Source: Octopus sinensis
Lineage: Eukaryota
Reading direction: 5' to 3'
DNA: 30,320 nucleotides
Assembly (NCBI RefSeq): GCF_006345805.1
Contig: NW_021832882.1
Coordinates: 1 to 30,320 of the forward strand
The translations under genes and the position numbers were made by a program. The notes beneath the pieces were generated by a model. It was given only the letters and a program-made list of their open reading frames with translations. It was not told the origin of the DNA and ran no database searches. Below are positions 23,785-30,320 of this stretch, piece by piece; position 1 is the first letter of the stretch, and every line of letters starts with the position of its first letter.

Positions 23785-24436
23785 TGTATTTGGTGATGGT
23801 GTTTCTATGTTAATGTGTTGTGCACTGTGTATTGAGGTTGTGTGTGAGTGTCTGTGTGTGTATATGTTGTTAGCTTGTTGTGTGGTGTGTATATGGAGCT
23901 ATATTACGTTAGCACTGTTTGTGTCGGATCTGGCGTCTCTGTTCCTTTGCTAATACGCAACGTTGTTCGTTCTATGGCTACATATATGTGTTGCCAGTAT
24001 TGTCGTGTCACCAGAAACAGTGACACGTTTGTCAGAAGTTAACAACCTGAGATGAAAGAACAATCGAAAATTAAACAAACCTCTGGCAATCCGATAACAA
24101 CAAGCGAAGAATTTCCAAGGAACATCTGCACATGAAATGAAAAATGGAAAATACAATTAAGATAAACTTAAGACTGTTTACATGTATGAATAAACAGGCT
24201 GAAAATTTGCAGAGCGGGGAAAATAATACGGAAAATTACATCGTATTGTAGACATTTCAGTTATTTAAAACACAATAAATAGATGTTAAATTCATTCGTT
24301 TCTTAAGGTTTCTGAACGTTATTGCACAATTGTTCCTTCGTCTTCCCTTTCACTCAATCCCACTGAAACTATTTGAAATTTAGCTAATGGCTATATAAAG
24401 ATATATATGTGTGTATGTGTATGTTTGTGTATTTGT

Positions 24437-24458
24437 CTATCTATCTATCTATCTATCC

Positions 24459-24521
<63 letters not shown>

Positions 24522-24522
24522 A

Positions 24523-24567
<45 letters not shown>
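24437..24567. repeat. (TCTA)n, left flank of the mariner
   Basis: Directly visible. The same motif resumes at 25830-25950 on the other side of the element. Confidence 0.95.
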
Positions 24568-24568
<1 letters not shown>

Positions 24569-25825
24569 TAGGTTGTCGAGAAAGTTCTTGCGGTTTTTAA
24601 CCTTTAAATACAGATGCACATATCTCGGCTCAAACAAAATTTTATTAATCGAAATCAACACCACCAGAATCAACACACTTTCGCCAACGCGAAGCAAGTT
24701 TATATATGCCAGTAACGTGAAAGTCCTGCGTTCTGGTGGCGATGAAATCATTGAAGGCGTGTTTGGCATCGTCTTGGTTTTTGAAGCATTTCTCATGCTG
24801 GGAGTTGTTGAAATGCTTGAAAAAGTGGTAGTCAGTAGGCGAGAGGCCTGGTAAGTATGGCGGATGAGGCAGAGTTTCGTAGTGCAATTCGTTCAACTTC
24901 TGCAGGGTCAGTTGTGCGTGGAAAAGAACGGCTCCTTTTCTATTGACCAATGCTGGCTATTGTTGTCGGAGTTTCTTATGCATTTCATCCATTTGCTGAC
25001 AGTACTTCTCGGCCGTAATGGTTTCGCCTGGATCCAAAAGGCTGTGATGGATGAGACCGGCCGCAGACCACCAAACACTCACCACGACCTTCTTTTGGGG
25101 CAACTTTGGTTTCGGGAAGTCCCGTGGAGCTTCGTCGGCGTCAAACCACTGAGCTGAGCATCGCTGGTTGACGTAAAGAAACCACTTTTCATCGCAAGTC
25201 ATAATCCGGTCCAGAAACGGGTCGTTCTTGTTGTGTAAAAGAAAGGAAGACAACACTTCAAAACACCGTCTTTTATTTTTTTTTGGTTGTCGTTCAATTC
25301 GTGCGGCACCCAAGTATTTTTGCTTTTCCAATCTGTTTCAAGTGGTTGGCATTTGTCGTATACGTTACGTCTAATTCAGAAGCAAGCTCCCGAACAGTTG
25401 TGCGTGAATTGGGTTCGACTAAGGCTCTTAGTTGATCGTTGTCAACATCCGATGGCCGACCACTACGATTATTCTCTTCAAGACTCTCGTCACAGCTACG
25501 AAATTTCTTGAACCACCATTGTGCTGTACGTTCATTAGTGGTTCCTGGGCCAAACGCATCATTGATATCGCGAGCTGTTTCAGCAGCTTTTCGGCCTAGC
25601 TTGAACTGGAATAGGAAAATTATGCGAATTTGCTTTTTGTCCATGTTATATTCAACATTCCAGATAAAAATGTTCGAAATGAAAAAGAGTAACACGATTA
25701 GATAGAGCAAAAAATAGGCTTTAAAATGATAAATAAAGTCAAAGTAATTTTACGAAAATTAATTTGAAAATACATCATTTAAAACCAAAATTTAAAATGC
25801 CGCAACAATTTTCTGGTTAACTTAA
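24568..25825 (-). mobile_element. Near full-length (1258 bp) inactive mariner, Hsmar1/cecropia-like
   Basis: TIRs TTAGGTTGTCGAGAAAGTTCTTGCGG and (reverse complement) TTAAGTTAACCAGAAAATTGTTGCGG match at 20 of 26 positions, with TA at 24566-24567 and 25826-25827. Encloses a transposase pseudogene. Confidence 0.95.
24645..25644 (-). pseudogene. Mariner DD34D transposase pseudogene
   Basis: MDKKQIRIIFLFQFKLGRKAAETARDIN (HTH), SGRPS, WVPHEL at 25295-25312 in a shifted frame, IMTCDEKW (first Asp) and a TAG stop at 24957-24959. HDNARPH is collapsed to LFHAQ (second Asp lost), YSPDL is mutated to YLPGL, and SPTDYHFF (third Asp) is kept. Confidence 0.95.
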
Positions 25826-25828
25826 TAT

Positions 25829-25829
<1 letters not shown>

Positions 25830-25922
<93 letters not shown>

Positions 25923-25950
25923 GTCCACCATCTATCTATTTATCTATCTA
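25830..25950. repeat. (TATC)n, right flank of the mariner
   Basis: Directly visible. Confidence 0.95.
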
Positions 25951-26117
25951 TCCCTCGCTCTCTATGTATGTATATATAAAGACAGAATGGAATAAACAAA
26001 AGAGGAGTGACACGCGTGAGATAAAGAGTCGTTGAAGAGGTCACAGGATGTGTGACGAAAAATCTTAAACAAAGGACACGAAAATAAGGAGAATAATAAA
26101 TCTGAACTGAAGACCAA

Positions 26118-26492
26118 GGCTTACTCCCAACCATATGGTTCCCAGTTCAGTCCCACTGCGTGGCACCTTGGGCAAATGCTTTTTTACTATACCCTTAGGC
26201 TGACCAAAGCCTCGTGAGTGGATATGGTAGACAGAAACTAAAAGACGCCTATCGTATGTGTGTGTGTGGGAGGGTGGATATGTTCCTTGTGTTAATGTTT
26301 GTCGCCCACCACTATTTAACAACCGGTGTAGGTGTGTTTGCGTTCCCATAACTTAGCGGTTCAGCAAAAGGTTCGAGTGAATAAGTACCAGATACAAAAA
26401 AGTACTGTGGTAGATTTATTCGACTAAATATTCTTCAGAGCGGTGCCCCAGCATGGTCGCAGTCTAGTAGCTAAAACAAGTAGCAGATAAAA
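26118..26492 (+). mobile_element. SINE A, 5'-eroded variant
   Basis: GGTTCCCAGTTCAGTCCCACTGCGTGGCACCTTGGGCAAATG...CATAACTTAGCGGTTCAGCAAAAG...GCGGTGCCCCAGCATGG. Confidence 0.85.
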
Positions 26493-26539
26493 AAATATAT
26501 ATATATATAGGCTTCAGCACGAGGATGGAGTCATACTTT

Positions 26540-26547
26540 AAAAAAAA
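26540..26547 (-). terminator. RNA polymerase III terminator (T8)
   Basis: Eight A on the plus strand, i.e. T8 beginning 2 nt after the tRNA discriminator base. Confidence 0.85.
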
Positions 26548-26549
26548 CA

Positions 26550-26621
26550 AGGTCTCACCGAGACTTGAACTCGGATCGCTGGATTCAGAGTCCAGAGTGC
26601 TAACCATTACACCATGAGACC
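26550..26621 (-). tRNA. tRNA-Gln(CTG): tRNA-Gln, anticodon CTG, 72 nt, intronless
   Basis: GGTCTCATGGTGTAATGGTTAGCACTCTGGACTCTGAATCCAGCGATCCGAGTTCAAGTCTCGGTGAGACCT. Perfect acceptor stem GGTCTCA/TGAGACC, D arm, anticodon stem CTGGA/TCCAG with loop CTCTGAA, and T arm CCGAG-TTCAAGT-CTCGG. Nearly identical to canonical metazoan tRNA-Gln-CTG. Confidence 0.98.
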
Positions 26622-26779
26622 TACCTGTCAGCACAGCATCTACATTACATATATATATGTATATATGCATATATATATATATATAACCATATCTAATATT
26701 GATCTATGTGGCTATCTGTATGTATATCTCTCTCTCACTCCCACTCTTCTCTCTCTTCTCTCTCTCTCTCTCTCTCCCC

Positions 26780-26822
<43 letters not shown>

Positions 26823-26931
26823 ATATATATATATATATATATATGAATGGCGGTGCCCCAGCATGGCCACAGATCGTGAGCTGAAACTAGATAAAATGAA
26901 AAAAATGAAAAATTATATATATATATATATA

Positions 26932-27094
26932 GGCGCAAGCGTGGCTGCGTATTAGGAAGCTTGCTTCACAACCACATGGTTCCGGGTTCAATCCCATTGT
27001 GAGGAACCTTGGACAAATGTCTTCTACTATAGCCTCGAGCCGACCAAAGCCTTGTGAGTGGATTTGGTAGACGGAAACTGAACGAAACCCGTCG
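26932..27094 (+). mobile_element. SINE A 5' half, truncated at its internal (TA)n tract (a separate A tail fragment lies at 26849-26900)
   Basis: Runs from the GGCGCAAGCGTGGCTGCGTA head to GAAACTGAACGAAACCCGTCG. The 3' half is absent, and a Helitron begins in the following AT tract. Confidence 0.85.
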
Positions 27095-27125
<31 letters not shown>

Positions 27126-27128
<3 letters not shown>

Positions 27129-27937
27129 ATATATATAAAACTCAGCTTGTGTGTCTGTGTGTTTAACTTCCCGACATATCTCCTCCTAGCCAACAAATTG
27201 TAGAACCACAAAAAATGTGTCACTTAAAGTTTAGGCGAATGAAAACTGAACTGCGCTATTTTTGTTCCGAAATTCATCTCGCACGTACAAAAATCGATAA
27301 TGTGTTTGTTTAGGCCTTATCCCATGCATTGATTAGTGAACTTTACTCAGTCAGCTGTTTGACGTGAACTGTGTTCACCACACGTGCAAGCATGCGTAAA
27401 TTGCATGAAAAATAAAAAAATCAAGATATAAAAACGAATCGCCGTAAATATTGTAGAAATTCGACAAAGAAAGGAATTTTCAGGATGTAGCCTGGAGGGT
27501 TTTTTCGTATTAATCGTTTGGACTTTGTGAACACATACCAATTGTTTTCATAACATTTTTAATGCTTTGAATTAAATGTGACCATTTTGCGTTGAGTCTG
27601 CAGTTTGAATCACTTTAACCAAATTTTAGCAGGCCGGATTTTTGATCATCACGATACATCGCCAGCGACTCCCTGAAACTCTCCCCTGAAATCCCCGTTG
27701 AGAAATACTGATCTAAAAGAATAATTCAACGATGCAATTATTTGATCAACGAAAATTTATGAAACGCTTCTACGCACTTTCTAATGAGGAAATGAAACAC
27801 ATAAGCGCAAAAATAGAGGGCATTAAATGCTTGATTTTAAAACCAAAATAATTGAATTTGATTGAACTTCATCCAAGTTTAGCTTAATTAGCGCGTGCAT
27901 AGAACGCACGAGCGCACGAGCCGGGCAATACTGCTAG
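27126..27937 (+). mobile_element. Non-autonomous Helitron (~812 bp)
   Basis: The 3' end has a GC-rich hairpin (CGTGC-ATAGAAC-GCACG) then ...GCCGGGCAATACTG CTAG|T at 27934-27938. The 5' end A|TTTATATATATAAAA at 27126 fits the TCTATATATATAAAA start common to animal Helitron derivatives, with one change. No TSD; inserted between A and T. The 5' end is less certain. Confidence 0.7.
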
Positions 27938-27944
27938 TATATAT

Positions 27945-28013
<69 letters not shown>

Positions 28014-28018
<5 letters not shown>

Positions 28019-28316
28019 GAAATTAAGAAAATGCTGACAAAATAATTAAAGTAATTTAAGTAATTTAATTAGGTGAAAGTTCTTTTTACCGGTTGCGCAT
28101 TTGTTATGCTTATCAAAAGATTAGAGTTCCTTTCTGAGAGATTTTTTCCTCTTATCTGATAAGAGGAAAAAATCTATCAGAAAGTAAATCTATCTCTCTT
28201 AAAAAAACATCTTTTGATAAGCATAACAAATGCGCAACCGGTAAAAAGAACTTTCACCTAATTAAATTACTTAAATTACTTTAATTATTTTGTCAGCATT
28301 TTCTTCATTTCCTTTT
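28014..28316. repeat. Near-perfect nested palindrome (303 bp)
   Basis: Outer arms 28014-28121 and 28209-28316 (108 bp, 1 mismatch). Inner arms 28131-28156 and 28158-28183 (26 bp, 1 mismatch, 1-nt loop). Unpaired spacers of 9 and 25 nt. Confidence 0.97.
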
Positions 28317-28410
28317 TTATATATCACAACTCGTGTTCCACATCTCCTTTTTTAATATATATATATATATATAAATATACATACGCACACAGATATATCA
28401 TTCATCTGTT

Positions 28411-28738
28411 ATCTTTTGCTTGTTTCAGTCATTAGACTGTGGCCATGCTGGGACATCACTTTGAAAAATTTCAGTCAAATGAATCGACCTCTGTACTTTT
28501 ATATTTGTAAGCCTGATACTTTCTCTATCGCTCTCTATTTGCTGAAGCGCAGAGATCCAGCAATGTAAAGACACCAACATCGGTCGTCAAGCGGTGAGGT
28601 GATACAAACACCGACTAAAGACACACGCATACACACACACATACACATACATATAGAACGGGATTTTTTCAGTTTCTGTTTTCTATTTGTACTCACAACG
28701 CTTTAGTAAAAGACATTAGAAGAAGACACTTGCCTAAG
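28411..28738 (-). mobile_element. SINE A, old diverged copy
   Basis: CTTGTTTCAGTCATTAGACTGTGGCCATGCTGG...TTCAGTTTC...AGAAGACACTTGCC matches family A in reverse orientation. Confidence 0.8.
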
Positions 28739-28832
28739 AGAATATGAAGGCATCAGAAGACAGGGAATGTACTGGAAGAATTCATGTTGGAAAATTCCTA
28801 TTCGTTCTGAATTCTTTTCCGTACGTGTACAG

Positions 28833-28998
28833 AAATATTGGCTTCAAAGTTTGACACAATTTCCTGGGATGGGGTACGTCGATCTTATCGACCCCAGTAC
28901 TCAACTGGTACTTATTTTATCGACCTCGATGAAAGGCGAAGTTGGCCTCGGTGTAATTTGAACTCAGGAGGTAGAGACGGATAAAATTTTGCTAAACA
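28833..28998 (-). mobile_element. SINE B, 5'-truncated old copy
   Basis: ATCGACCCCAGTACTCAACTGGTACTTATTTTATCGAC...GAAAGGCGAAGTTGGCCTCGG..AATTTGAACTCAG. Confidence 0.8.
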
Positions 28999-29409
28999 CT
29001 TTACTCTTTTACTTGTTTCAGTCATTTGACTGCAGCCATACTGGAGCACCGCCTTTAGTAGAGCAAATAGACCCCAGGACTTGTTCTTTGTAAGCCTAGT
29101 ACTTATTCTATCAGTCTCTTTTGCCGAACCGCTAAGTTACGGGGACGTAAACACACCAGCATCGATTGTCAACTGATGGGGATGGGAGCTAAACACAGAC
29201 ACACAAACAAATACATACATAAATATATATATATATACATATATACGACGGGCTTCTTTCAGTTTCCGTCTACCAAATCCATTCACCAGGCTTTGATCGG
29301 CCCGAGGCTATAGTAGAAGACACTTGCCCAAGGTGTCATGCTGTGGGACTGAACCTGGAACCATGCAGTTCGTAAGCAAGCTACTTACCACACAGCCACT
29401 CCTACGCCT
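28999..29409 (-). mobile_element. SINE A, full length
   Basis: Reverse complement of the 21973-22388 type from tail to head. Confidence 0.92.
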
Positions 29410-29410
29410 A

Positions 29411-29605
29411 AATTTTGTCACAAGTCCAGCAAGTCCGAGGGTGGGGTAAGTTGATTGCATCGACGCCAGTGTATAACTGGTATTTATTTTATCGACTCCG
29501 AACGGGTTAAAGGCAAAGTCGACCTCGGAGGAATTTGAACCCAGAACGCGAAGGCACTGCTTTGCATTTTGTCAAGTATGCTAACGATTCTGCCAGCTCG
29601 CCGTC
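29411..29605 (-). mobile_element. SINE B, diverged
   Basis: AAAGGCAAAGTCGACCTCGGAGGAATTTGAACCCAGAAC...GCTAACGATTCTGCCAGCTCGCCG. Confidence 0.85.
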
Positions 29606-29625
29606 TTTATTTGTATTGAAATATT

Positions 29626-30045
29626 TTCTACTCTAGGCACACGGCCCAAAATATTTTTTGCCGGGGGTGGGGGGGCAGTCGACTATATCGGCCCCAGTAC
29701 GCAACTGGTACTTAATTTATCGACCCTGAAAGGATGAAAGGCAGAGTCGACCTCGGCAGAATTTGAACTCAGAACATAAAGTCAAACGAAACACCGCTAG
29801 GCAATTCGCCCGGCGTGCTAACTTTTCTTGTTTCTTTATTGCCCACAAGGGGCTAAACATAGAGGGGACAAAGGGATTAAGTCGATTACATCGACCCCTG
29901 TGCGTAACTGGTACTTATTTAATTGATCCCGAAAGGATGAAAGACAAAGTCGACCTCGGCGGAATTTGTACCCAGAACGTAACGGCAGACGAAATACAGC
30001 TAAGCATTTCGCCCGGCGTGCTAACGTTTCTGCCAACTCGCCGCC
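29626..30045 (-). mobile_element. Head-to-tail SINE B dimer bounded by a 19-bp direct repeat
   Basis: Unit 1 is at 29830-30045 (complete head) and unit 2 at 29626-29828 (lacks the first ~15 nt, different tail). TTATTTGTA(T/C)TGAAATATT occurs at 29607-29625 and 30046-30064. Confidence 0.85.
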
Positions 30046-30106
30046 TTATTTGTACTGAAATATTAATAGTGTGTTAATATCCTATCCTATATGTAACATA
30101 CATGTT

Positions 30107-30320
30107 GAGGCGCGTGACTTAGTGGTTAAAGTGTTGGACTCCTGATCGTAAGTTTGTGGTTTCGATTCCTGGACCAGGCGATGCATTGTGTTCCTATGCA
30201 AAACACTTCATTTCACGTCGCTCCATTCCATTGAAATGGCAACAATGAGCAATCCTGCGACGGACCGGCGTCTCATCCAATTGGGGAATCTATATCCTAT
30301 GGAAACCGGGAAACCGACCC
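30107..30320 (+). mobile_element. tRNA-headed SINE D, running off the window end
   Basis: A box TGACTTAGTGG, B box GGTTTCGATTCC, then GTGTTCC...GCAAAACACTTCATTTCACG as in the reverse copies at 11750-12208. Confidence 0.8.

Noticed and set aside
24004-24027. 8-bp hairpin CGTGTCAC/GTGACACG as a terminator
   Set aside because: No U-tract, eukaryotic context, and isolated 8-bp stems are expected by chance in 30 kb.
24645-25710. SETMAR gene or active transposase
   Set aside because: No SET domain. Frameshifts, a nonsense codon and a deleted catalytic Asp, enclosed by TIRs: a dead transposon copy.

Overview
Repeat-saturated, AT-rich eukaryotic DNA, most likely a coleoid cephalopod (Octopus-like, inferred from the tRNA-headed SINE types and extreme microsatellite load; not provable without a search). 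I cannot support any host protein-coding gene: the long ORFs are microsatellite translations, SINE read-throughs or decayed transposase. The one clearly intact gene is tRNA-Gln(CTG) at 26550-26621 (-) with a T8 terminator. The rest comprises about 20 SINE copies or fragments (labelled A-F here, my own working names), three two-ended mariner relics plus two Tc1/mariner end fragments, a hAT-type MITE, a non-autonomous Helitron, a ~90-bp minisatellite and large di-/tri-/tetranucleotide tracts. The best leads are: hammerhead-ribozyme-like motifs in Penelope-like or retrozyme-like short repeats (3023-3091, 1992-2029, 21641-21668); a ~300-bp inverted copy of DNA from 4.3 kb away sitting inside the hAT MITE (16067-16367); and a near-perfect nested 303-bp palindrome (28014-28316). 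Local single-base-deletion patterns near 12-15 kb suggest imperfect long-read consensus, so young duplications need read-level validation. All alignments and folds were done by eye, and repeat boundaries are approximate to about 10 bp unless TSD or TIR coordinates are quoted.
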